In this document: positions 1-11,537 of the stretch, in pieces
Layout: each line of letters begins with the position of its first letter
How positions within the stretch are numbered: position 1 is the first letter of the stretch
Program-made: the position numbers and the translations under genes
The notes under the pieces: generated by a model
What the model was told of the DNA's origin: nothing
The model's database searches: none
Seen by the model: the letters and a program-made list of their open reading frames with translations, nothing else
NCBI GenBank assembly: GCA_051294375.1
Contig: JBJCIZ010000028.1
Span: 391,108 to 455,107 of the forward strand
DNA from: Paraspadella gotoi
Taxonomy: Eukaryota > Animalia > Chaetognatha
Direction: 5' to 3'
Length of the DNA stretch: 64,000 nucleotides

Positions 1-850
1 TGGCAACCACGCCCGCAGCTCATGACCAACAAAGCACAAAACCGTCGTCCCCTTTGCGCGACATTAGCCAGGCAAAAAGCCCCTAACAAAGGCACGGCCT
101 CTCTCGAGCGCAATATCGACCACAGTAGTCAACCAAAAGGTTCAGGTTTCTGAAAACCCCGAGGTTCCCCTTCTCCATACCTCTTCCCTTAGACTGTCTC
201 TCCACCCCTTATCGACAAAACCCAGCCGCAATGCATTACCCACCGAGATTAAAAACGAAGGCGGACCCAAGCCAGGTTAAAGAGCCGCACAAACAAAGCA
301 GTAAAAGAAGTAAAGCAAGAAGACAACCACAAAAGGTTCCCCCCTCCACATTCACACTCTCGCTCCTTTCAGTTCGCCTCTCCCATTTGCAGTAGCGCGA
401 CCGCAACGTCGAACAATGTTAACTGTGACCAACCAACCCCCAGTCACGAACCGTCAGTCCTTTTCCGGACATGCCCGAGCAATAAAGCACCTAATCAAAG
501 CACGGCCTCATATCGAGGCAAGCAATCACCACTCAGCATCACAAAAGTCCAGGTTTGAAACCCAAGGGTTACCCCTTCTCCGTAACCCGCTCTCTCACCC
601 ATAGACCGTCACTCCCACCCACGTATCACAAACCCGCGCATGCTACCCACCGAGATAAACGAACTTAAGCGGACACCAAGCCAGGTAAAACGACAAAACA
701 AGAAGTAAAGAGTAAAGGCAGAGTAAACCCAAAGTTCCCCCTCCACATATCCCTCTCGCTCCCTTTCAGTCTCCCTCTCCATTGGACGATACCACGCGAC
801 AATAGCTCATACTGCACCAACTATAGTCACGAAACGTCGATCCCTTTGCG
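1..850. repeat. Diverged tandem repeat (~400 bp unit, at least 2 copies) downstream of the Gypsy pol stop
   Basis: Matching anchors recur ~400 bp apart: CCACCGAGAT at ~240/~647, CCAAGCCAGGT at ~268/~676, GTTCCCCC(C)TCCACAT at ~336/~734, AACCGTC-like..CCTTT at ~40/~449/~832. Confidence 0.75.
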
Positions 851-861
851 AGAATCCTCTC

Positions 862-3800
862 TCATTTTGGTCTTGATAGTCTATTTTTGGGCGCGTTACG
901 GACGGTGGCTTTTTTCGGCGAGGCTGTCTTGGTTTTGTCCTCGCCATCATCGACCAAAGTAGACGCCCGGCGTTTTGGAGGGCGTCCGCGAGGCGGGGCT
1001 GCTGGGGGCGCCGGAGGATTTTCGGCGTCGATGGCCGCTGGCTTGACGCGATCGATTGTTATTGTTTCATTACCGCGGCCGGGAATCTCGATGACGACAT
1101 CACGTTGATGCCATGTGATGACGCGGTAGGGTCCGGCGTAAGGCGCCGAAAGAGCGCCAGCGTTGTTTGGACGACGGATGAAAACGAACTTTGCCTCCGT
1201 GAGTGAATCCGGCACTCGACAGGTTGGAACATCGTGCGCTGTGCCGGGGATTGGGCGCATGAGCGCGACGTCAAAGCGAAGATTGCGCAGGGTCTCTGCG
1301 CGCTGCGTGGCATCGACTTCCGGTTCCGGGTTTTCAGCACCGATAAGCTCACCTGGAATAGTGAGAACGTCGCCGGTAACCAATTCGGCTGGAGAAGCGT
1401 CGAGGTCGTTTTTGTGGGTAGTTCGCAGGCCGAGCAAGACCCAAGGGAGCTGAGAAACCCACTTGTCAGCAGCATTCTCGCAACGCGCCTTTAGAGATGC
1501 CTTTAAGCTACGATGCATCCGTTCAACCATGCCGTTTGCTTGTGGATGGTAGGCTGCAGTGAAGTTCAATTTAAAACCCACGGTTTCGGCGAGTTGGCGC
1601 CACAATTCAGACGTAAATTGGCTTCCTCTATCCGTGGTGACGGTGGCCGGTACGCCAAAACGCGCGATCCAATTTTGAAGGAAGGCCGCAGCGATGGTCG
1701 GCGTTGTTGTGTCGTGGAGAGGAATTGCTTCTGGCCAACGTGTATAACGGTCGACGCACGTCAGTAAGTGGGCGTGTCCATTGGAGACGGGAAGAGGGCC
1801 TACAATATCCACATGGACGTGCTGGAAACGTCGCTCAACAGGAGGGAATTGTTGTGGAGGTGCTTGGATGTGCTGGTGGATTTTTGAGCGCTGACATTGA
1901 GTGCATGTCCGCGTCCATTCCGCCACGTTGGAGGATGCTGAGGGCCAGATAAATCGACTTGTAATAAGTTTTTTGGTTGCACGTACGCCAGGGTGCGAAA
2001 GGTTGTGAATTGCGTTAAAAACGGAGCGCCGCCATGTTTTGGGCACAAGTGGGCGGGATCTGCCGCTGCTTACGTCGCAGATGATATCGACGCCGCCCAC
2101 TTTTACTCTTTCAAAACGTAGGCTAGTGTGGGCATCGGCAAGGAGACGTTGAACATCAGCGTCGTTTCCTTGATCAGATGCCATTTTCTTGAAGTCGATT
2201 CCTTGAGAGGTGACAGCATTAATAGTTGATCGGAGGGTGGGCGTGGCTGCGGGTGGGAGCGTACGTGAGAGAGCGTCAGCAACAATGTTTGCTTTCCCTT
2301 CAATGTGACGAATGTCAGTAGTGTATTCGGCTATAGCCGCGAGTTGATAAGTCTGACGCATTGTATGGGGTTCCGACTTTTTCCTAATCGCGGGGACAAG
2401 GCTGTTGTGATCCGAGAAAAGCGTAAAGGGGCGTCCCTCGATGAAAGGCCGGAAGTGACGCACGGCGCGAAAGGCGGCAAGCAGCTCTCTGTCGAATGGA
2501 GGCCATTTCCGTTGATGCTGTTGTAAGGGAGCGGAGAAAAAGGCTAGAGGCTTCCATTTTCCATCGACGGACTGTTCCAATACTCCGCCAATGGCATTAA
2601 GAGAGGCGTCTACTGTCAGTGCAAGTTGGGCGTCATCGCGGGGATGGACGAGCATAGTCGCTGATGCAAGAGCTTTTTTTGCAGCATCAAATGCTTTGTT
2701 ACACTCGTTATTCCATTGCAAATGTTTCGGTTTTCCCCGCAGGGCGTTGTAGAGGGGTTCCAGGATATCGGCGGCGTGTGGAACAAAACGCCTGTAGTAG
2801 TTAAGAACGCCAAGGAATCGTTGAAGTTCCTTAATCGTCGTTGGCGTTGGAAACTTCTCAATGTCTTCCACTCGGTTGGGAAGGGGGGTGACGCCGTCAG
2901 CATTGACATTATAGCCAAGAAATTCGAGTGAGGAGGCTCCAAAAACACACTTTGAGCGATTAACCACAAGGCCGTTACACTCGAGTGCAGCAAAAACGCA
3001 TTCAAGATCCTCCAGGTGCTCCTCAGCCGATGTCGATGCAACGAGAATATCGTCGAGATATACAAAGACATGGGGAATTCCAGCAAGGATGGCGTCCATC
3101 ATTCGCTGGAAATCTTGAGCGGCGTTTTTTAGGCCGAATGGCGTCCTGAGGTACTCGTACAAGCCAAAGGGCGTAATGATTGCTGTCTTTGGGATGTCCG
3201 CCTCGTGGACGGGGATTTGATGATACCCTTTGTACAAGTCGATTTTTGAGAATATGACTTTCCCGGAAATTTCTGCATTAAAGTCAGAGATGTGGCGAAT
3301 TGGGTATCTATCATCTTTCGTCACGGCATTTAGGCGTCGGTAGTCACCGCAAGGTCGCAGACCGCCGTCAGCTTTTTTGACAACGTGTAGAGGCGACGCC
3401 CATGGACTGCGGCTTTTCCTAATGATGCCGAGTTTTTCGAGCTTGTCAAATTCGGCCTTGGCGGCGGCGAGTTTTTCTGGGGAGAGGCGCCGCGCGGGCG
3501 CGTGAATGGGCGGGCCCTCCGTGAGAATATGGTGTTTGACACCATGGCGAGGTTTTGATGGGTCGAAGGAGGGCGTAGTAAGGTTCGGGCGCTTGTCCAA
3601 CAGCTGCGTAAAGATGTTGTGGACGACATTGACGCGAAATGGTTGACCGGGTTTAACTTTTCCGGCAACCGTTGTGAAGTCTTGGCAATCCACCAAAACC
3701 TCTAGTTTCGGAAAGGGGGCGAGGTTGTGGCCCATTAGGAAATCGTTTCCTAAAATGGGCGTGGCGACGTCCGCGACCGTAAATTCCCATTCAAAATTTC

Positions 3801-4044
3801 GTTTGCCAAGGCAGAGAGTTAATGATCGTTTGCCATAGCAAGGAATGGGTGTTCCGTTCGCGGCGTGAAGTGGTGTGGCAATGGAACCGGCGAGTCGCTC
3901 CAAGGTGCTGGGGGCAATGAGGGAGACGCTGGCGCCGGTATCCACGAGCCATGTAAGATTGTTGTGGGCGTCGTAGACATGCAAAAGTGTCTCAATCTCG
4001 CCAGCGGCGGCGCTCACTTCCGGCCGCCGGCTTTCGCGTTTCCC
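862..4044 (-). CDS. pol: Ty3/Gypsy Pol (PR-RT-RNase H-IN), expressed by -1 frameshift from gag
   Basis: Uninterrupted 1051-aa ORF: LVDTGA protease, RPCGDYRRLN and YLDD RT, TVDAS..SDH RNase H, H..H..C..C zinc finger, VHVDIVGP/TDRG/ERMHR integrase core, GPY motif. The frame stays open back to the slippery site at 4038-4044. Confidence 0.96.
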   Translation of the reverse strand, partial: GKRESRRPEVSAAAGEIETLLHVYDAHNNLTWLVDTGASVSLIAPSTLERLAGSIATPLHAANGTPIPCYGKRSLTLCLGKRNFEWEFTVADVATPILGNDFLMGHNLAPFPKLEVLVDCQDFTTVAGKVKPGQPFRVNVVHNIFTQLLDKRPNLTTPSFDPSKPRHGVKHHILTEGPPIHAPARRLSPEKLAAAKAEFDKLEKLGIIRKSRSPWASPLHVVKKADGGLRPCGDYRRLNAVTKDDRYPIRHISDFNAEISGKVIFSKIDLYKGYHQIPVHEADIPKTAIITPFGLYEYLRTPFGLKNAAQDFQRMMDAILAGIPHVFVYLDDILVASTSAEEHLEDLECVFAALECNGLVVNRSKCVFGASSLEFLGYNVNADGVTPLPNRVEDIEKFPTPTTIKELQRFLGVLNYYRRFVPHAADILEPLYNALRGKPKHLQWNNECNKAFDAAKKALASATMLVHPRDDAQLALTVDASLNAIGGVLEQSVDGKWKPLAFFSAPLQQHQRKWPPFDRELLAAFRAVRHFRPFIEGRPFTLFSDHNSLVPAIRKKSEPHTMRQTYQLAAIAEYTTDIRHIEGKANIVADALSRTLPPAATPTLRSTINAVTSQGIDFKKMASDQGNDADVQRLLADAHTSLRFERVKVGGVDIICDVSSGRSRPLVPKTWRRSVFNAIHNLSHPGVRATKKLITSRFIWPSASSNVAEWTRTCTQCQRSKIHQHIQAPPQQFPPVERRFQHVHVDIVGPLPVSNGHAHLLTCVDRYTRWPEAIPLHDTTTPTIAAAFLQNWIARFGVPATVTTDRGSQFTSELWRQLAETVGFKLNFTAAYHPQANGMVERMHRSLKASLKARCENAADKWVSQLPWVLLGLRTTHKNDLDASPAELVTGDVLTIPGELIGAENPEPEVDATQRAETLRNLRFDVALMRPIPGTAHDVPTCRVPDSLTEAKFVFIRRPNNAGALSAPYAGPYRVITWHQRDVVIEIPGRGNETITIDRVKPAAIDAENPPAPPAAPPRGRPPKRRASTLVDDGEDKTKTASPKKATVRNAPKNRLSRPK
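4000..4044 (-). promoter_or_regulatory. Programmed -1 ribosomal frameshift signal
   Basis: G GGA AAC heptamer in gag frame (4044-4038), 6-nt spacer, then stem GCCGGCGGC / GCCGCTGGC. The -1 frame reads ..RESRRPEVSAAAGEI into pol. Confidence 0.85.
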
Positions 4045-5420
4045 ATCGCGCAGGGAACTCCTGGTCGAACTTCACGACAATTCTTGGCGCGTTTGCCAAA
4101 CTCAGCATGATACCAACATGTGTTGCCGTCCATGTCGGAGGCGGCTGATGCTGCTTTGGGCGGGAAAGGTCGTTGGCGTCGGCGCTGGTCGTTTCCTACT
4201 CGCTTCCATGGTTGTGAGCCATTATTGATGGCGCAGACCTCGGCATACGAAAGAGGGGTATCAGGATCCTCCTCCATAGCGTCGACGGAAATGGCGTTAA
4301 TGGCGCCGCTGGCGGTGGGCGACTTGACTACGAGGGTGCCAGTAGCATCATAAAAAGCATCTGCTGCAGATGCGGCGTCATCAAGGGAATTGCTGTCGGT
4401 GAATGCGATGGCGCGGACGTGGGAAGGCAGGGCGTTGGCCAGCATCTCCTTGAAGAGAACTTCCAGTTGAAGTTCGGAAAAAGATGCGCGGATTATTGTC
4501 GCCAATTGTGATGGGGTGCGGCCGTTGAGCGCCATCGGCCGTAACATGCGCTGAGCCAGCTGCCTTGGTTTTTCGCCAAACAGTTTAATCAGTCTCGCAT
4601 AAACCTGAGCATACGATGGGCGATGACCAGGGCGATAAAAATCCTCAAAGAGAGGTTGATGTTCTGAGGGAAGGGCCGCGAAGATGTGAGAAGCCATGGT
4701 GGCGTCATCAGTAACATCGGCGGCGACAAAAGCGGCGTCAACTCCAGCTAACCATACGGTGACGTTTCTGGCATCAAATGGCGGGAGTTTTGGCGTGCGA
4801 GCCCGAGACGGGAGGGAAAGAGGCGCCGCGGGGGGGAAAGACGCGGGCGCGACCGGGGGAGCAACCTGGCTAATGGGCGGTGAGGGCGCGGCGAATGGGG
4901 ATGCAGAGGTTGCGTCACGGCGGCGACGAGGGTTGAATCTCGCTGACCGAGGTGAGCGTTGAGTGGGATTGAAAAGCGGCGTCGCGAATGGAGGAGTACG
5001 CGGAGTCTCGGATAGAGATGTCGCCGGTATCTCGATCCTCACTTTCTTTGCTTGAGTCTCATCGCTGTTTTGGCCGGCAGGAGCGAGGCCGGCGTCGGCG
5101 GCGGAGCGGCGGAGAGTTGGACTCCGTCGCGTCTCAATTTCCGGTCGCGACTCTGACGTTTTTGACAACGCGGAGAGGGCGGCGTCCAGAGTGGATTGCA
5201 GCGTTAGCACAAGGCCCCTGAGGTCGTCGATGCGGGCGTTGGTTGACTCGCTTTCGGCGCTGATCTGGGCGAAACGAGCGCCGAGGGATGTCTGCCAAGG
5301 GTTCGACGAGTCACGTGGCGTCGGGTCGCCGCCTCTAATATGGCGAGAGAGTGAAGAGCGTTGCAAGGCGCCCGGGCTAGGCGCTGAATCGTTGCGGGGG
5401 CGTTGCGGGTTGGACTCCAT
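4014..5420 (-). CDS. gag: Ty3/Gypsy Gag with CHCC-type Cys-His box (CsRN1/Kabuki-like)
   Basis: 468-aa ORF directly upstream of pol; KLPPF..WL capsid-type start; C-terminal CWYHAEFGKRAKNC-x8-C. Confidence 0.9.
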   Translation of the reverse strand: MESNPQRPRNDSAPSPGALQRSSLSRHIRGGDPTPRDSSNPWQTSLGARFAQISAESESTNARIDDLRGLVLTLQSTLDAALSALSKTSESRPEIETRRSPTLRRSAADAGLAPAGQNSDETQAKKVRIEIPATSLSETPRTPPFATPLFNPTQRSPRSARFNPRRRRDATSASPFAAPSPPISQVAPPVAPASFPPAAPLSLPSRARTPKLPPFDARNVTVWLAGVDAAFVAADVTDDATMASHIFAALPSEHQPLFEDFYRPGHRPSYAQVYARLIKLFGEKPRQLAQRMLRPMALNGRTPSQLATIIRASFSELQLEVLFKEMLANALPSHVRAIAFTDSNSLDDAASAADAFYDATGTLVVKSPTASGAINAISVDAMEEDPDTPLSYAEVCAINNGSQPWKRVGNDQRRRQRPFPPKAASAASDMDGNTCWYHAEFGKRAKNCREVRPGVPCAMGNAKAGGRK

Positions 5421-5542
5421 TTGAGTAAAAATATACGTTCAAAAACGTAAAACAAAACTATAAAAACGTTAACGGAGAATGAGAGAGAAAAAAAAAGTCT
5501 AAAGTAGAGAAGGTTGCGTGAATATTCAAAAAGGAATTGAAG

Positions 5543-5558
5543 ACGTCGGGCAATACCA
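5543..5558 (-). promoter_or_regulatory. Primer-binding site, tRNA-Trp-like
   Basis: Minus strand reads ...CACCGCA-AT-TGGTATTGCCCGACGT: candidate LTR-terminal CA (5561-5562), 2-nt gap, then a TGG-initiated sequence resembling the tRNA-Trp PBS TGGTGACCCCGACGT. The far end of the 5' LTR could not be located. Confidence 0.6.
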
Positions 5559-7277
5559 ATTGCGGTGACTTAATAACGAATATTTGGAAAAACTTGAAGC
5601 CTCTCAGTTCCTCTCTTTTAGATTTTTCTAATAAAAGAATTGTGAGAGCCTCTATTTCATTCTCTCCTCTACCTTCCAGAGGTCAATCCTATGCTTTCTG
5701 TTTTTATCGAGCGAATGTGTTTGATTAAATCTTTTACGTACCATATCATAGTATTTTATAAAACTTAATAGCCCGATATATGATGGGATTTAGGTACAAC
5801 AATCTTGTTCTTAAAAGGCTTAAAAAACATTGAACTTTTTTCTGTCTTATCCCATTACTTATCCTAATTAGAAAAAAAATAACAACCACTTTTTTAATCG
5901 TTTACTTTTAACAACAACAATAACATGTTGAGGTAAAAATAGCTTCAGTTAACTAGTTCAGTCTCTGACTTCATAATTATCCGTTGAACACTCGGGACTT
6001 TTCCCCATTACCGCCATTCTTTCACTCGGAACCCTTTTTCGTCGATCTCTCGCGATCACGGATAAACTGCTCTTTTTGTTTTTTTATTATGTCGGCTCCT
6101 CGTTGCCATGGCTTTCCGTGTCAACTTATTTGGCGTGTTTTTTGTTTTTGTTTTGACGATGAGTTCCTACTACGAGCAATTTCCGCCTGTCACTCGCGTC
6201 ACCGCGCCGACGTCCGCCGACATCGTCGTCGTCGGTGTCATTGCTTACGTCGCTGTCATTGTCTTCGAAGAAACTCTGATCATTGTCGTCAAGACTGTCG
6301 TCACCATAGATTTTAATTTTTAATTTTTTATCATTTAGTTATTTGTTTTATAAAATATTTGTCTCAATTCTGCCGTTTGTCATCCAATTCAAGATCGCTC
6401 CTTTTTTTTTGCACTTCTTGTCATCATCATCATCTCCTTCGTCGTCATCTCAGCGATTTTCGGCGATTCGTTCGATCTGGCAGACTTGGCACTGTTTTCG
6501 TCGCTTTTAAGGTCGTCTGCCGCGTCGTCTTTTTTGCGACGGCGACACCACAAGTTTTCATCATCTCTCGTGGCCGAACTTTGTTTTTTTTTTTCTCGTC
6601 ATGGTCGTCTTTGCTAACTTGAAATTATTTTTGGACAATCATTGTTACTGTTGCTTTTTTTATTATTTCGCGCCATGTTTTATTATTGTATATTGAATGT
6701 CATTGTATGCCATTACTTATCGGCTTACACATGTCACATACTCCAACAGAGTGTTCGGCTAAATATGTCTCTATGTTTGTTTTGTAGTGGTGTTATCATA
6801 GTTATCATAGTTTTATATATGAAGCAGTTGGCTTATTACGAAGGCTAAAACGAGTCAGTTTCGTCAGACGATGGTGAAAGGGTGCTCGGTGAAGTAGCGA
6901 GAATCCGAGAGAGGAATCGAGAATAAAAGGAATGTGATGAGGCGAGGCGTTCTGAGGGAGAGGTCAAGCGGAGAAGCCATTCGCATAAGAATTTTTTTTC
7001 TCTGTCAAGAATAAACTGCGGTTTGGTCTTTTTTAGAATGAGTGTCTCGACTACTCAAGTTCCGTTGAAACCACAACCTCCCAAAATATACATGAAACAT
7101 TTGCAGGAAGCACAAGCGGTTTTATAACAGAAACCGATTTTTTTTTTAGTCGTTGATGTTATTTGGGTTAACCGTCTGAAAAAAACTTCATAGTGAAAAT
7201 CAAAAAAGTATTACATGTTTTCAATTTACGTACGACTTAAGAAAAAACGAATAAAATTTTAAAAAAATAACTACAAA

Positions 7278-8532
7278 ATGGCGCCCACAACGCCAGAGGA
7301 CGTCGCCTTTCCGGCCATTCAGCCGGAACAGGTTCCGATTTGCTGGAACTCGAACGACAAAGACGCAGAGATCGAGTTGACGCTGGAGAGACGCCGCGCC
7401 CACCGCCTGCCCGGCGCCGAGGGAAACCTTGCCCGCGTGCGCCGCCAATGCTCCGGCGACGTCGTCGGCTACGTCGTCTGAGCCGATATTTTACTTCGAA
7501 GTCGTTGTCATCGCCCGACGAGGCGATCGAGGAATCGGAGTGGGGATCTCGGTGCAGGTCAGGGGTTACGTCAAGTCTGTAGTCTATAGATTAATTCGAT
7601 CAACGATCCGCCGTGTTCCGCGATTAACGAAAAATATTTAGATTTCGATAGGGTTTCCCCTCCAGGAAGACAACCCATACGGAGTTTCGGTACCGGAAAT
7701 AGACTGGATCGTATTTCGTCCGGATTCGTCGCCAAGCCAGGCGACGTCATCGGTTGCGGACTCGACTTTCGAAGGTGAATACGCATTTCAACGATATGTT
7801 GAATATTTCCCTTTTTCTGTTCTTCATCTCCATAGTTTTTCTCAGAAGCAGTGATGGTCACGGTCTTATATTTTATTTTGTATCGCGAAGTTTCGTTCCT
7901 TTCTATATTCGTTTATATCACTGCGCAAGAAATGTCTCTATTTTGTGCAAGCCAGTCCCGTAATTGAATCGAATCGAAGAAAGAAAAAACCCCAAGTAAC
8001 AATTATCATCCCCACCCTTCCACCCATCAAGGGCGCTTGCTTCTACACCTTCAACGGGATCGAAATCGAGGCTGGATTCTCCGGCCTTCCGCCACGCCCA
8101 TTTCCTGCGGTCTACCTCGCCAACGCTCGCGACGTCGTCGACGTCAACTTTTGGTCAAGATCCCTTCCTCTTTCGATCTCGCGATGGCGGCGACGCGCGC
8201 ACGCAACGCTGCCCAACGTCGAGCGTCGGAGGCCAGGCGAAGAGAAGAAGTGTCCGCGGAAGACGCCGCCAGAAAAGAAAACTTTCCCGACACGCTCGAG
8301 GCGTCGCTGCCGGCGCGATGGCGACCCGACGATCCGGTCGCTTTCCGTTTGACGGAGAACGATCGAGGCGTTCAACGCGTTTCCGCGCCGGAAATTGGCG
8401 TCGCCGGGTCAGTGAAGAGCGATCAGCGGCGCCGGCGGAAGTCGGAGTTTACTATTTCGAAGCGAAAGTCAAAAGGAAGGAGGCGATGGGTCTCCTCAGC
8501 GTTGGCTTCGAGTCGAATAACAAAAAAATCAT
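7278..8532 (+). CDS. Tandem SPRY-domain protein (SPRYD3/RanBP9-like), first three exons (~7278-7557, ~7652-7774, ~8032-8532), with frameshift-type errors
   Basis: Motifs IFYFEVVV..GIGVG, PGDVIGCGLDF, CFYTFNG..FPAVYL..VNFGQDPFLFD, then a second repeat VYYFEAKV..LSVGF; GT/AG boundaries. Remaining exons not found. Confidence 0.78.
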
Positions 8533-9349
8533 GTAAGTTTACGGATATTAATTTAATCAGGATTTTATATAAAAAGCTTTGGGATCAATTTCCTTTTTGG
8601 GCGTTGTTTTAAGCCTGTTTACGTAAACCTTTCAAAAAAACTCAAAATTATATTTTAATGGTTGGACAGGCTTATTAGACCAATTTCGGAGGTGGGAAAT
8701 TGATGGTGAGGTCGAAATTGCTCAGTTTATCGAAATCGCTTGACTACCGGGCCCTGAACGAGCATTTTCCAATTTTTCCCACATTTTAAAACGTTTAATA
8801 TCATTTATTCTATTAAAATTACTTTTTTTAAACTAAAGAAAAGTAAATTACACTTTTTATTATATAAACTTTAATATTTATCATAATTTGAAGTAACAGT
8901 TTTAAAAAACAGGGCCCAGGAGCATTTTTTCCCTGTTTTTACTTTATCAATCACTTTAAAGGGAAAGTTCAATCAAGATTGTATAAAAATGTATAAAAAT
9001 ATATTTTGGAAGCTCAAATAGTTCAGCCAAAAACGACAACGATAACAAAGACGACAAATACAACGACGAAGACGACGACGAAGTCTTTCTACTTTGCGAC
9101 CCGTAAGGGTCAGCAGGAATGACCATTCGACCATTGGACCTGAAATTAATTGTTATGGCTGACCTTTTTTCAGCCAATGTAAATACGTAGTTGTTGTTGT
9201 TATTTTTTCCGTTATTGCTTTTTACTCTGTTTTTCTTTAATATACGTTTTACTTATCACACAAAAAACACGCTTCAAGTNNNNNNNNNNNNNNNNNNNNN
9301 NNNNAAGTACGAGAAGACAAACACGCATCGATGAATATATTGTATGCAT

Positions 9350-9492
9350 AAATGAATGAAGAATGAATATGAATGAATGAAGAATGAATGAATGAAATGA
9401 ATGAATAGAATGAATGAATGAATGAATGAATGAATGAATAGAATGAATGAATGAATGAATGAATGAATGAATGAATGAAATGAATGAATGAT
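9350..9492. repeat. (GAAT)n microsatellite
   Basis: Directly visible. Confidence 0.9.
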
Positions 9493-10382
9493 GAAAAAAT
9501 TTTTGAAGTTAAAACTTCTATTTTTTTTTTGGGCGACGAGAAGACGACGACGAAGAACAACGATGAAGACGACGAGACGAAATGACGACGACGACGACGA
9601 CGACGACGATGGTGATCATGCCGATGTTGAGGACGACGACAGGCAGAGAGCGAGGTTCTCTTAGACCTTTAATTGTGCACAATACTTGTGCAGTCTAAAT
9701 AACGATCACATGACCGTATCATCATCAGTTTCTGCATTGATCATTGCAGAATATTTTATTAAATACCGAGTTATTTTAATAAATACACACAAGGCAAGAG
9801 TGGTGAGGCATCATTAATTGATTTTTATTTCACACTTGTTTCGTTCTTGTTTTAAAAATGTCACATATACTTAATTCTCTCTCTCTCTCTCTATGTGTCT
9901 GTCTGTCTGAGCAATCTCGTTTATTTCATTATTACAAAAGAAGGAAACGCTAACTGACGAACGATACTTGTTCGATGATAAAGAATGATCACAAACCAAA
10001 TGCTAAATTAACTAATGTTCACTTTGTACAGAATATAGAAGAGCCCGGATCTAACAAACGACATGTTGAATACTCGCGTTGCCAGAAATGAAAATCATAT
10101 CATATCACTTTTTAACAAAAAATTTGTTCAACTTAAACAATGTTTCAATTATATTGAATTACTATGCGATATTCTTCCACAGTCGATGATGTTTAAAGAA
10201 TAGAAGAAATTATTCATTTATATTTTATTTTATTTAAAAATTCCTTTTTTCTCACTTCATACAAATAAAAACTTCATGTCATCTTTATTATGAATTGAGA
10301 TGTTTTCCCATCAGCATCGCCTTTCCGCTTTCTATTTTCCATTTTCCCCATTTCCTCATTTCCCGACTTCCGTCAAATTCTA

Positions 10383-10852
10383 TCATTCATTGTTGACTTG
10401 GCCTTAAACAATTCCCGTAATAATGACCATGGTAGTGGTAGCAGTAGAGACCAGGGCAACATTGGGTCACAATATCACCTCCGCACCTATTCCACGACAA
10501 AAAGCAGGGAGTCCATCTGGGCGTCTCTGACCTTCGTTGGTCGCTATCTAAAAAGTGGAGAAAAAGGGCCTTATTTTCCCAAGACGCCCCGTTTCATCTA
10601 AATTCATTTTTAAGGTTATGGATTAGCTGACGATTAGGGTTGGGGATTAAGTTAGTGATTAGGGTAAGGGATTAGGGATTTGGGTTAGAGGTTAGGGTTA
10701 TGCATTAGGGTTAGGAATTATTATTATTATATTGGTTTGGTAACAAATTTTGGTTAGACATATGATTCCATTTTAAGTCCAACTTACCTTTTTCCCAGTC
10801 TCCTTCCTTCGATCAAAACGACGGCAAAGATCAAAACAAAAAATAACTTCAT
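10383..10852 (-). CDS. Secreted knottin precursor, copy A (exon 1 10852-10788, exon 2 10547-10383), with 1-bp indels
   Basis: Exon 1 MKLFFVLIFAVVLIEGRRLGK|GTAAG; exon 2 after indel correction ..DSCFLSWNRCGGDIVTQCCPGLYCYHYHGHYYGNC. Confidence 0.75.
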
Positions 10853-11423
10853 CTTCTCTCAAATTTCAAAAAAAAAAATTAAATAAAAAAAATCAAACTT
10901 TTTCCTGTTCTGCGATATTTACAATGCGTAAAGCCTAAGCGATTCATGTAAGATGAGTAAACAAAGCAAAAACCAGTGGCTGCGCCAATAATGTAAATCG
11001 CTTTTAGGGGCTTAAGCTGAACTGTTACTGTGGCACTAATATTTTTTTTTTCAACTTTCATCATTTAGATTAAAAAAACCCATTAAGGTAAGGAGGATTA
11101 AAGAGAAGAAAAAGTAGTAATGAATCTGAAATAGAATATTCTTGAATAGCATAGTCAATGTCAGTTTGTGCAGGGTCAAATATTGAAGGATTCTAATCCC
11201 AACAGTTCTATCGAAAGTTACAGTGAAAAAAATAAACGCAATTCCCAACAGAATCACCAGGGCTCAAACTTGAGCGTTAGTTTAGTGTGAGGTATATATC
11301 TATATTTTTACACTATGTATTATGAAAAAATATTATGTATATACTCTCTTTTCGTTGTTTTTTGAGGTATTAGGACAAAAACAGTTTTATTTGACAATCG
11401 ATTTAATTGACACAATTTAGTCA

Positions 11424-11459
11424 GACATTTTCGGCTCTTTCACTTAGAGCCTTCATCAG
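11424..11459 (-). ncRNA. Minimal type I hammerhead ribozyme motif
   Basis: CTGATGA-A-GGCTC-loop-GAGCC-GAAA-ATGTC; one core C missing relative to the 56713-56749 copy. Confidence 0.6.
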
Positions 11460-11502
11460 TGCTTTTGACAATCAATATTTGGTCTCTGTTAAAGTAAGTT
11501 TT

Positions 11503-11537
<35 letters not shown>

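Larger units (their letters stand above)
1..5570 (-). mobile_element. Ty3/Gypsy LTR retrotransposon; 3' LTR probably lies left of the window, 5' LTR extends right from 5561
   Basis: gag-pol organisation, PBS, higher GC than flanks. Confidence 0.92.

Noticed and set aside
330-352. GGAGGGGGGAAC (minus strand) as the Gypsy polypurine tract
   Set aside because: It recurs in each 400-bp unit and is not followed by a recognisable LTR start.
887-5455. Short overlapping and antisense ORFs within gag-pol
   Set aside because: Expected shadows of GC-rich coding sequence; no motifs.
5984-6640. Possible exons of a minus-strand gene rich in GAC/GAT codons
   Set aside because: No consistent reading frame or recognisable domain; cannot be supported by eye.
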